Source of the DNA: Malacoraja senta
Lineage: Eukaryota
NCBI GenBank assembly: GCA_038087875.1
Contig: CM075989.1
Coordinates: 20,090,001 to 20,154,000 of the forward strand
Reading direction: 5' to 3'
Length of the DNA: 64,000 nt
The notes beneath the pieces are model-generated. The model saw nothing but the letters and a program-made list of their open reading frames with translations, had not been told where the DNA came from and did not search any database. The translations under genes and the position numbers were made by a program. Every line of letters begins with the position of its first letter. The first letter of the stretch is position 1. This document shows, piece after piece, positions 38,312 to 50,157 of the stretch.

Positions 38312-39733
38312 GTAGGTTACTCTTCCTCTATTGTATGTTGTTATATGTATAACACTCCGCATGTAAAAAGGGTAAAAAAAATCTAGTATGGATAAGGTAG
38401 GCACAAATGCTGGAGAAACTCAGCGGGTGAGGCAGCATCTATGGAGCGAAGGAAATAGGCAACGTTTCGGGCCGAAACCCTTCTTCAGTCTGACTGATAC
38501 CTTCGATTTTCCAGCATCTGCAGTTCCTTCTTAAACGTATGGATAATCCTGGTTCCCTTTCATATCCACCTTCAAGAATCTTTGGAAATAATAGGAAAGA
38601 ATGAGAGTTATTTGTTGAAGTACAGAAAATTGGTCAGACTCGACTGTGAAAGGAGGAAGGAGAATGTCCTTCATGTCACTTTCACAATCACTGAAGTACT
38701 TTCTTAAGTGCAAATATTGTAATAAAAATGAAAATCATGACAGGCTGTTTGCATGTAGCAAGCATCCACAAACAACAATGTTATAATGATCATATAATCC
38801 GTTTTGGTTACAGATTGAGGTATAAATATTAGTTAACATCCATGGTTTAAGTTTAAGGTTTAGGTTTATTACCGTCTCGTGTACCAAGGTACAGTGACAA
38901 ACTCTTTTGTATGCTATCCAAGCAGATCAGATACACTACATAAATACAATCAAGGCAAACTCAAGTACAACAGATAGAGTGAAGGGAAAGATATCAAGTA
39001 CAGAATATAGTTCTCAATGTTCATTTGATAAATGGCACCTCTGACAGAACACTCCCTCAGTTCTGCTTTGTAGTGCCTTTCATTCATTATTTTGGTGTCG
39101 ATGTAAAAGATCCCATGGCATTATTTCAGAAATAGCAAAGGGATAAATTCATGTTATAGGAGCAGAATTTCATCATTCGGCTCATCAAGTCTACTCTGCC
39201 ATTCCATCATGGCTGATCTACCTTACCCTCTCAGCCTCATGTTCCTGCCTTCTCCCTATAAGCCCTTCTCCCTATAAGCACCTTGACGAATCAAACAATA
39301 TAATCCTTGGTGCCACACCACTGTGCTACTAAGAGTGACTGTTGATGCAAGATTTCTAGTATTTGATGTACAACTAGGTCAAAGGAATATTCTTATTTTG
39401 CATATTGTGGTATATCATTTGCTAACTTTCTGAATTGCACAGAATCTGCTTTCAATTCCTGGTGAAAAATTATGTTCATTTTCTTGCAATTTTGTAAAAT
39501 GTTTTGCTGTGAGTCATTGTAGCTGAGAAATTACTTCATGTAATGTTAGCAAATGGTCACCTACCATGCTTTCTGACAAATTTCTGGCCATCAGTTTAGT
39601 TTTCTGACCATCATTTTTGAATCTTTAGCTGCTGACATCACCTATCTGATCATTTATTTCTGTGATGTAACTGCCCTGATTCAGTATTAATTCTGGAAAT
39701 TATTGGGACCATTTTCTCCAAACTTATACTGTT

Positions 39734-41019
39734 ATCCTACCTCGACAAAAACCTGGCCCCACTGCAGTTCGCTTACCGCCACAACAGATCAACGGTGGAT
39801 GCGATCTCGCTGGCCCTCCACTCCGCTCTGGACCACTTGGACAACAAAAACACATGTCAGGCTGTTATTCATCGATTACAGCTCGGCATTTAATACAATC
39901 ATCCCATCCAAGCTGGTTACCAAACTCGCAGAACTGGGTCTCTGCGCATCCCTCTGCAATTGGATCCTTGACTTCCTCACTCTCAGACCACAGTCTGTTC
40001 GTATTGGTGGAAATGTGTCAGACTCGATAACAATCAGCACGGGAGCACCTCAAGGCTGCGTGCTCAGCCCCCTGCTGTACTCACTCTATACTCATGACTG
40101 TGTAGTCGCACATAGTGCGAACTCCATCATCAAGTTCGCTGACGACACCACTGTTGTGGGACGTATCACTGATGGGGATGAGTCAGAGTATAGAAGAGAG
40201 ATCGAGCAACTGTCCATATGGTGCCAGCACAATAACCTGGCCCTCAACACCAGCAAAACCAAGGAACTGATTGTGGACTTTGGAAGGAGTAGGATGGGAA
40301 CCCACAGTCCCGTTTATATCAACGGGTCGATGGTTGAAAGGGTCAAGAGCTTCAAATTCCTGGGCTTGCACATCTCTGAAGATCTTTCCTGGTCCGAGAA
40401 CACTGATGCCATTATTAAGAAAGCACATCAGCGCCTCTACTTCCTGAGAAGATTACGGAGAGTCGGTTTGTCAAGGAGGACTCTCGCTAACTTCTACAGG
40501 AGCACAGTAGAGAGCATCGTGGCTTGGTTCGGCAACTTGAGCGCCCTGGAGAGGAAAAGACTACAAAAAGTAGTAAACACTGCCCAGTTCATCATCGGCT
40601 CCGACCTCCCTTCCATCGAGGGGATCTATCACAGTCGCTGCCTCAAAAAGGCTGGCAGTATCATCAAGGACCCACACCATCCTGGCCACACACTCATCAC
40701 CCTACTACCTTCAGGTAGAAGGTACAGGAGCTTGAAGACTGCAACGACCAGGTTCAGGAATAGCTACTTCCCCACAGCCATCAGGCTATTAAACCTGGCT
40801 CGGACAAAACACTGAACTTTATTAGCCAATTAACTGTTATTTGCACTTTATCAGTATATTGATTCATGTGTGTATATATTTATAGAATGGTATATGGACA
40901 CACTGATCTGTTATGTAGTCAATGCCTACTATGTTCTGTTGTGCTGAAGCAAAGCAAGAATTTCATTGTCCTATCAGTGACACATGACAATAAACTGACT
41001 TGAACTTGAACTTGAACTT
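39734..41019 (+). mobile_element. Rex1/Babar LINE, 5'-truncated, with RT domain
   Basis: [45 protein letters not shown] motifs; one frameshift near 39850; (CTTGAA)n tail. Smaller related fragments at ~26225-26480(-) and 60065-60625(-). Confidence 0.93.
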
Positions 41020-44000
41020 AATAAACATGCCCCATCTTTATGTGTAGGAAGGAACTGCAGATGCTGGTTTAAACCGAAGATAGTCACAAATAGCTGGAGT
41101 GACAGCGGTTCGGATGGCATCTCTGGAAAAATGCTATAAGTGACCATTCAAAATGAGACTGAAGATGAGTCTCGACCCGAAATGTCACCTATTCCTTTTC
41201 TCCAGAAATGCTGTCTGACCAGCTGAGTTACTCCAGCTTTTTGTGTCTATCTCCCATCTTTATGTGTTGGCTGGCTTTGCTTTTTAACCTGAATGATTTA
41301 AACGTTGAAATGGCTTCCTAGCTTGGAAAAATAATGACTCTATTTATTTTGGTTGATACATGATGAAAAATCCTAACATATTTAAATCTTTCACTGTACA
41401 CGCGAAAGGTACTTATTTGAAATAAGAGTGCCTTACTTGTAGAAAATTCTTGCTACAAAGCTCCTTATAAATGGTCTCCCATTTTTTTGTTTGTGAAGTT
41501 TGTTTCATAGTCCTGAGACAATGAAAATAAAAATAAATCCTCTCTTTGCGAAATTATAGATTTATAGACTTTTGGCAATTCTCAAAATAGAATAAACTCT
41601 ACGTCAAGTTTTTTTCTAAAGTCATCACATGTTTATTTTTAACCAATTCTTTTGGTTCAATGCATGAAAATAATGCATCTTCTATTAAAATAAAACCTGT
41701 GGAGGCCATCCACTTCTTGGTAGCAGAGAAAAACATGATAATCGACAGTAATGATATCATAAAGGATTCTGATGCATGAAAAGAAAATGATCCCCATTAT
41801 AGAGTGGTGAATCTCTGGAATTCTCTGCCACAGAAAGTAGTTGAGGCCAGTTCATTGGCTATATTTAAGAGGGAATTAGATGTGGCCCTTGTGGCTAAAG
41901 GGATCAGGGGGTATGGAGAGAAGGCAGGTACAGGATACTGAGTTGGATGATCAGCCATGATCATATTGAATGGCGGTGCAGGCTCGAAGAGCCGAATGGC
42001 CTACTCCTGCACCTATTTTCTATGTTTCTATGTTTCTATGCCCGAGTCTCTCTGCTGGCTAACCATGGTGACTGCATAAGCCTCGTCTATGCATCTCTTG
42101 TTTAAGTGGTTCCAGGTAGGATTCTCCCAGTTATCAGTACGAGAGCCGAATTTTTGAGATCTTGTTTAATCTTGCTGCTGTACTAGAATTTGACTTTACT
42201 CTGCTTCACTTTTGCCATTTGTAGAGCTTTGCCTTTGACAAATCATAAGGTCGTAAGTTATAAGTGATAGGAGCAGAATTAGGCCATTTGGCCCATCTAG
42301 TCTACTCCACCATTCAATCATGGCTGATCTATCTCTAGTTCCTAACCCCACTCTTTGATGATTTTAAGGCATGCACTGCATGTCTCCAGCCAGTCATGCA
42401 TTCATGAATCCAACAAAATCTACATAGATTACAGGCCATCTTGCTCTTAATCTAATTGTTCAAGATCTGTTGTTCCCATATGACTTAAGGATATTTCTGA
42501 GACATCAAAAGAGGAAGCTATTCAATCTCTGCTCCTGCTTGCAATGTAACTGGTTTACACAGCTGCAGAGAGAAGTATTGCTGACATAAACCCAATAAAC
42601 TGATATCAGTGGTGCAAGGGTGATTCACAATTGGAAGTTCATTTTTGGAATGATTTGTTTCAGAAGTTTTAAGTAGGGAGCAAGTGTGCATTCAAAACAA
42701 AGATTAATTTTCAGTCACATTGCAATAAAACACTAACAAGCATTGTGTACCAGTTTGCACCATTCTGTATATAGAAACGGTATGCTAATAGTGTGTAAGC
42801 ATCTTTTCAAGAGTCGAGAATCAAGTGTTTTATTGTCATATGTCTCACAGAACAATGAAATTCTTATTTGCAGCAGCACAACAGAATATGTAAACGTAGT
42901 ACAATGTAAACTATAATAAATGAGAAAAAAAAGTTTAGTGCGTGCATATATGCATATACACACATACATACATATACACACATACATACATATACACATG
43001 TATGTTAAATGATGTGAAAATAGCATGCAAAAGTGATATATATTGTAGCATTGCTGGAATGGCACTATGGTGTTGTGGGTGGTGCTGCTGTCTCAGATTC
43101 AATACAGACTTCTGTGCTAACTTTTCAGACTTTGCAAATACTTCCTGTGACTGCGTGGGTTTCTTCCAGGTGCACCGACTTCCTCCCACATCCCAAAGAC
43201 ATGCTGGCTGCTGTAAATTTCCCTTTGTATTGCAGGGTGGTAAGAGAGTGAGGAGGTTTATTATTCTCACATGTACCGAGATACAGTGTACGGCTTTGTT
43301 TTGCATACTATCCATCTGGATTGCTATCCAGATCACATATACCATACATCGATACAATCCGTTCAAACCCGAGTACAATAGATGGAGCAATGGGGATGAT
43401 GCAGAGTTGGACAAGAGTTGTAGCTCATTGGAACACATCAGTTTTCCTTAAACAAAGTCCAATGTCATCAGTGGAGTAGATGTGAATCAAACAGTACCCT
43501 ACCTTATGGATGCCTGATAACAGAGGGGAAGAAGCTGTTCCCAAGGGTGGCAGTGAACACTTTCAGAATGTGAGAGCAAAATAAGTTATCTAATGTAGGA
43601 GTGAAGGGCCTCCATCTATGTTGTAAAGAAATACATGATGTTATTTTCAGTAATGATAAAAGAGAAAGTTTTCCATACCAGTAATTAGAACATAGAACAG
43701 TACATCACAAAACAGGCCATTTGATCAACTATGTCTTTGTGGAGCATGATGCGAACCTCAACTAATCTCCTCTGCCTGCACATGATCCCTGTATCCATTC
43801 ACTGCATATCCATGTGGCTAACCAAAAGCTTCTTAAATGCCACTATCATCTCTGCTTCCACCACCACCCCCAGCATCACATTCCAGGCACTCACCACTCC
43901 ATGTGTAAAGACATGCCCCACACATCTCCTTTAAACTTTGCCCCTCAACCCTTAAAGCCATGCCCTCTAATCTTTGGCATGTCCACCATGGGAAATGTTT

Positions 44001-46956
44001 CTGACTGTTTATCCTATCATGCCACTCAAAATTTTATTTTTAATATTTTAATTTAATTTTTTAATTGTCACATGGTTAGTTAAATGAAGCACATCAAGGG
44101 CACCTGAGGGATTTTCCTGTCTTTAATCTTATTTTCAATTTTGGCTTCATCTCAGTAGTTCCACAGCATATGATAGGCTTGTAAATAAAAATCTGGTCCG
44201 GTATGGACTCCTAATTATGGTGCTTCAGACGCCGCACACAATATAGAGCAAGCTTGATGGGGAATTTGCATGTTTCATCTTCATTAATACAGTTTATTTG
44301 CAGCACTATAACAATTTACCTACTTACTATAAAATAATTTTAATTCTCCCATTTCAGAATATTTTTGCCATGCCACATTTTCTTTTCTGAAATCAGCTTT
44401 GCAAAAACTAATACTGACAGATGATGGCGCTACTTCATATCGGCTATACAGGAATTATGTTCATCAACATTTGCTATGAACCACAGATAATTCTTTATGT
44501 CTCATTGAAATATTTGTATTTATATGTATGATGTTTATATATATTATGCAATATTCTGGCTTCTATCATAATATAAAATAATTACCTGTGCATTTCCTAC
44601 ATTAGAGGTATTGCTCATGTTCTTGTATTTGCACTTAATTACTTTATCTTAAGGCACTGTTGGTTATGAACCAAGTGCTGATAAAGAGATTAGTGTAGAT
44701 AGGTCAGCATAGAGGTGGTGGGCCGAAGGACCTTTCTGTGCTATATGTCTCAATTAGATTATTTCACTCTGTTAATCAAGTAGTTGCGTTGATGTTAATA
44801 TATATAGTTGCTCGTGTGGAGCAATCTAATATTATTAATATATTCAATAATATCCCATGAATTTGCCATGCAGAATTATCAGCAGTGGATTTGGTTTTAG
44901 GATCCGTTAACATTGGGAAGGGGAGTTGTTCTCTCAGTTCAGGGTCTGTTTTGTATTTGACGAATTTTGATTGATATGGATACTTTTTTGGTGGCACAAT
45001 TGTTGTAAGTAGATTTCATTTCTCATTTGACAGATATAGTCCAGTAAAATAAAGGCCACTGGGATGAGAGAAAATCCAGAAGTCTAACACAAATGTTCAA
45101 GAGTAAATAAGCATTCCAACCTATCACGAGCAGCATGCTTCCAGATCTGGCAACATAAGGGAAAAATAATCCGAGGTCCAGGGAGAATGGATAGAGGTGG
45201 CTTGGGTTGTCTTGAAGGTCTATCAGCATTGAGAGATTGGTATAGATGGTATCACAGGATCTTGGTGCAGAGGTAGGGGGTTGTCACAGGAAATCCTGGA
45301 GAAATGTATTTAAGGAAGATGGTGTTGGAACATTAGTGATGGTTTTGTATCTACTCTTCCTGGGGAATAAATCAATTCCTTTTACAATTTGTACACCCAT
45401 TGGCATCTTTGTATTAGTCACTAAAATGGCTTTGTTCATTGGCAATCAATAGCTGTCTTACTACACATGTTGTCTTCTTTTAATGTTCGCTGACTGTTGA
45501 TCTTAAAAAAGAAAATCAAAAACACCTCGGGATGTTTATTTTGTCTAGAATAACAAGATTTTATTGAAGGAAAATGGAATGAACTTCTGACAGAACATCT
45601 TGTTGTTACCGAAGCGTTAGTGCATTGTATTTTAACCCTTTAACAATAGGGTTAAAATGAGCTTTTCAGTTAAAGCTTTCTGCTAACCGTACCAATGTTG
45701 AGCAAGCAGGCTTGCTTAGAAAAACAATTAGGTGCTTAGGAAAATAATTGGGCTCAATCGGAAGAACCATTAAATCATGAGGCCTCAGATCATGCAGCTA
45801 CAAGGACATATAGTAGAAAGAGAAAACATGGTTGACTGGTGTTTGAAGATTAGGAAAGAAGTGTGGACCTATTGAGTATAACAATGCAAGCTGCATATGA
45901 ACTTTCTGAACTTCTCCTTGGGCCAAGATCCAGAACAACGTCAGGACCTTCAAGATCTCCAGTCCAATCCATTGTCAGGTGTTCCCCACACACTGTTGAA
46001 GGGCTTGTGAAACTCGGCATCTAATTGCTTATTGTTTTAATAAATGTTTCGTTTCTCATCTATATGATCTGAATCATCAAAACCTCTTTGTATCATTATA
46101 CATGTATATCAAGCAGAATTATTATTTTATAGATCTATATTGATTACTCTTTTATTATTGCCTTTTCATCTATATGTCAGCCTTGACTTAGTGGTAGTAC
46201 AATTCCTAATTCAGAAAAACTGGAGTTAAAAGTCCCATTCCTGAGACTTCACTGCAATCACTGACACTTTGGTAATGCAGTGATGTTATGCCAGAAACAG
46301 CTGCATTTGGCGCATTCAAGCCCAATAGCTTGATGAAAAATATAAGATAAAATCTTGCTGTGCACATATGCTATTTTCTATTGATCTATGAGGTGTACCA
46401 GCTCTATTCAATTTGTTGTGCAGATATTTCTCAGCTTTGGGGTATTTGTGTTTTCTCAATAGTCTTTCTTCAGACAATTTTGAATAAATGGGTCAAATAT
46501 TAAGATGTATTTTACATTCTGGATTCCTCTATATGTCTTTCTATAAATGACACAGAGTGCTGGAGTAACTCAGTGGGTCGGCTGGCATTTCTACGGAGCA
46601 TGGATGGGTGCCGATTCTGGACGAGATCCCCCTGAAGTCGGAAAAGGAGTCACGACCCAAAGTGTCATCTGTCCTTGTTCCTCAGGACCCAAGCTCATGA
46701 TCCCCAGCTGACCCGCCGAGTTGCCCCAGCACTTTATGTGTTTCTTTTAGTTGGAGGTAATACAGTAAACTTTGTTAATCCAGCTTGCATAGTAGTTAGG
46801 ATTGGCAGATTTTCTGAACTAGAACAAAACATCGAACAGTACAGAGCATGAATGGGCCCTTCGATGCACAATATTTATGCCAAACATGATGCCTAGCTGA
46901 ACTCTCTTCTGATTGCACATGATCCATATCCTTATATTCTTTGTATTTGGTCGTGC

Positions 46957-47316
46957 TGAGATCCTGAGATCAATGCCGTCTGGAGCTATGCTCTTGGTAG
47001 GGCCACCCATGGTAGTAAGGTCGAGGGGGAGGACTCTGACAAAGAGCAATCCAACCAAGACCTCAATGGTGGAACAGGCAGAGGATGATGGCTGTCCTTA
47101 GTGGAGCGTCACAAAGGCTGGGAAGGCGAATGAAGGCTGCAGCAGAAAAGTGTCTCCGGTTGTCTTGGACTCCATGCCACTGGATCCTGACCCAGATCTG
47201 TCAAAGACCGTGTGGTGGCTGTCTGTGCACCCCACGTTAAACAAAGTCATGCATTGGCGTCCTCCAACCCTGGAGACACCCGTGGTCAGCCATGACTGAA
47301 GGGGGTCTAAGAAGAA
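46957..47316 (+). mobile_element. Short non-coding retroposon resembling an RTE-clade 5' UTR joined to a short tail, inserted in a CR1 fragment
   Basis: Splits a minus-strand CR1 3' fragment (46820-46950 / 47320-47430); ends TAAGAAGAA; imperfect TSD GGT(C/T)GTGC. RTE assignment is from memory. Confidence 0.5.
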
Positions 47317-48139
47317 GGTTGTGCCTATTTAAAAGCTTCTTAAACGGCACTATTACATTTGAACCACCACCACCACTGGCAATGCGTTCCAGGCCCACAC
47401 CAACCTCTCTGTAAAACACTTGCCCCACACTATTGGATGTTACTTTAATTAATGCTTGTAGCTACATTTATTTTGCTGTTTTATTTTAAGAAGTTACAGT
47501 ATACAGTGCAGTTAAATTGGATAGGTACATGGATAGGAAGGGTTTAGAAGGATATGAACCAAACTTAGAAAAATGAGACTAGCTTAGATGGGGTGTTTTG
47601 GGTCATTGGATAAGTTGGCCTGAAGGGCCTGTTTCCATGCTGTATGACTCTATGAAGTTGAACATTTTCTAAATGTTCTATAAATCTTCCAATACATTGA
47701 GATTGTACGAGAGAAAAGAAAATGAGGAGGGAATTTTTTGTTAATGTTCATTCAATGATTGGATTGATGTAACATCTCCAAGTTTGTGAACAACACAAAG
47801 TTACATAGCTGGGAGGCCTGGAAAGCAGTTATTAAAATACGATTTATTCTCGATCAATGATTCCTCAATTGATTTCATTGTTTCCATGTTAGAAATAAAG
47901 TATTTTACCTCAATGACAGGCCCACTGTTGAGGCATGCATAAGTCTCTCATTATGGGAAATCAATCTTTATATTGTCAAAATGAAAGCCTTTTATTGGCT
48001 TTATAACAGCATATTTTAGGAACTGTTAAAGGCCCAGTATTTGGCAAAATAGTTTCTTCCCAGAATGTGTTTAATGTAATACTTCATAAATGCTACTTTT
48101 AATTATGCTGCAGACATGCAAGTTAAATGTTAGAGATAA

Positions 48140-48999
48140 CTAATCCAAGGGGGACCCGTTGGGTCCCATCCCATCAATGCTCAGTTGCGGGGGGGAGGCC
48201 TGCGGCGTCACACATACACTAACCACCACCCACACACACACAGAGGGGTGGAGGGGGCGTGAGTGGGGGAGGGGAGAGGGGAGAGGGGAGGGGGGGAGTG
48301 GGGAAGGGGAGAGGTGGAGGGGGGAGGGGAGAGGGGGGGTGGGGAGAGAGTGGAGGTGGAGAGAGAGTGGAGGGGTAGGGGGGAGGGAGAGGAGGGGGAT
48401 GAGAGGGGGAGGGGGAGAGAGGGGAGGGGGAGAGAGAAGAGAGGGGGTTGGGGGGGTAGAGGGGCATGACTTCACCCGCTGCGCTGGCCGCGAGGAGAAA
48501 GTTCTTCAAAAGCAAGCCGGAAAGCTCGTGAACCTCCGGTGGCCTTGTGATCTGCAGAACTTGCTTGTTCTTTCTGCGCCTTATGAAGAACGGGGGGAGG
48601 GGGAGAGGGTGGTGACGTAACTCGTGGAAAACAGTGCGCCTGCGTGTTGACAGCACCTGCTTTAATCCAGAGCCGGGAGGTGGGGGGGGGGGGTGCTGGG
48701 CCACGAGCCAGGTGGGCCACGACCAAAGGCATTGTGACGTCATCAGCTGGCCAGCGGTTAGATTTGAAAAAAAAGTCCGATTTGTGAACAATTTTAGTGA
48801 AAAACATGGGAAATAATTAACCAAATTTACAGATGAGGGGATTTGTGAAATCATGAGGTAAATCTCTACCGGAATATTAAGAATTTCACCGTTTCGGCGT
48901 CGGGTTTTCGAGGAGATGTGAATCAAAGGCGCAATCTCACACACACGCACACACACACATACACACAGACACACACACACAGTTTTAATATGTATATGA
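48140..48999 (-). mobile_element. Non-autonomous Helitron
   Basis: Minus strand: host A, then 5'-TCATATACATATTAAAA...; 3' hairpin GGGACCC-AAC-GGGTCCC (48151-48167), then TTAG (CTAG variant) and host T; no TSD. Confidence 0.8.
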
Positions 49000-49367
49000 T
49001 TAAATACAACATGGTCGGCAGTATGTAAATGTATGATTGGCAGTGTCCTATTTCAGTTCATAACTTATTCCCTTAACCTTAAGAATGTATTGTACTTGTA
49101 AATAATGTGGTGCAGCACAGTGAATCAGCAGTTAGTATTGTTTCCTCACAGCTCTAAAGAACTGAGTTCAAATTTGGCTATGAGTGCTGTACTTGTGGAG
49201 TTTGCTAGCATCATCAAGGACCCACACCATCCTGGCCACACACTCATCTCCCCGCTGCCATCAGGTAGAAGGTACAGGAGCCTAAAATCTTCAACATCCA
49301 GGTTCAGGAACAGCAACTTCCCCACATTCATCAGACTATTAAACACAACCAAACAAACTCTGAACTA

Positions 49368-50067
49368 CCGCAAAGACCGCTCCCTCCGTAACTCCCTTGT
49401 CAATTCTTCCCTTCCCTCCCGTACCATCCCCTCCCCGGGTACTTTCCCTTGCAACCGCAAGAGATGCAACACTTGTCCCTTCACCTCCCCCCTCGACTCC
49501 ATTCAAGGACCTAAGCAGTCGTTCCAGGTGCAACAGAGGTTCACCTGCATCTCCTCCAACCTCATCTATTGCATCCGCTGCTCTAGATGTCAGCTGATCT
49601 ACATTGGTGAGACCAAGCGGGAGGCTTGGCGATCGTTTCGCCGAACACCTCCGGTCGGTCCGCAATAACCAACCTGACCTCCCGGTGGCTCAGCACTTCA
49701 ACTCCCCCTCCCATTCCATATCTGACCTCTCTGTCCTGGGTCTCCTCCATGGCCACAGCGAGCAACACCGGAAATTGGAGAAAATGCACCTCATATTCCG
49801 CTTGGGCATTCTACATCCTGGGGGCATGAACATTGAATTCTCCCAATTTTGCTAGCCCTTGCTGTCTCCTCCCCTTCATCAGCCCTCTGGTTGTCTCCTC
49901 CCATCCCCCAGCCCTCGGGCTCCTCCTCCACCTTTTTTCCTTTTTTCCTTACTTCTCCCCACCCTCTATCAGTCTGAAGAAGGGCTTCGGCCCGAAACGT
50001 TGCCTATTTCCTTCGCTCCATAGATGCTGCTGCACCCGCTGAGTTTCTCCAGCATTTTTGTGTACCT
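49368..50067 (+). mobile_element. Penelope-like element 3' fragment: GIY-YIG endonuclease plus terminal region
   Basis: C..RC..C; FTC.SSNLIYCIRC..C.LIYIGETKR; RL.DRF.EH; VAQHFN; G.N motifs with one frameshift; 9-bp TSD TCTGAACTA (49359-49367 / 50068-50076). Confidence 0.9.
49974..50001 (+). ncRNA. Minimal hammerhead-ribozyme-like motif in the Penelope terminus
   Basis: CUGAAGA-A-GGGC(UUCG)GCCC-GAAA-CG-UU: core boxes, stem II and a palindromic AACGUU stem III. Stem I is weak and there is an extra A after the core. Confidence 0.6.
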
Positions 50068-50106
50068 TCTGAACTATAACAGCCTATTGCACGTTATCTG
50101 TTTATT

Positions 50107-50157
<51 letters not shown>

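Noticed and set aside
48140..48980. Several Pro/Gly-rich ORFs up to 253 aa
   Set aside because: Low-complexity G/C tract and (CA)n inside the Helitron.
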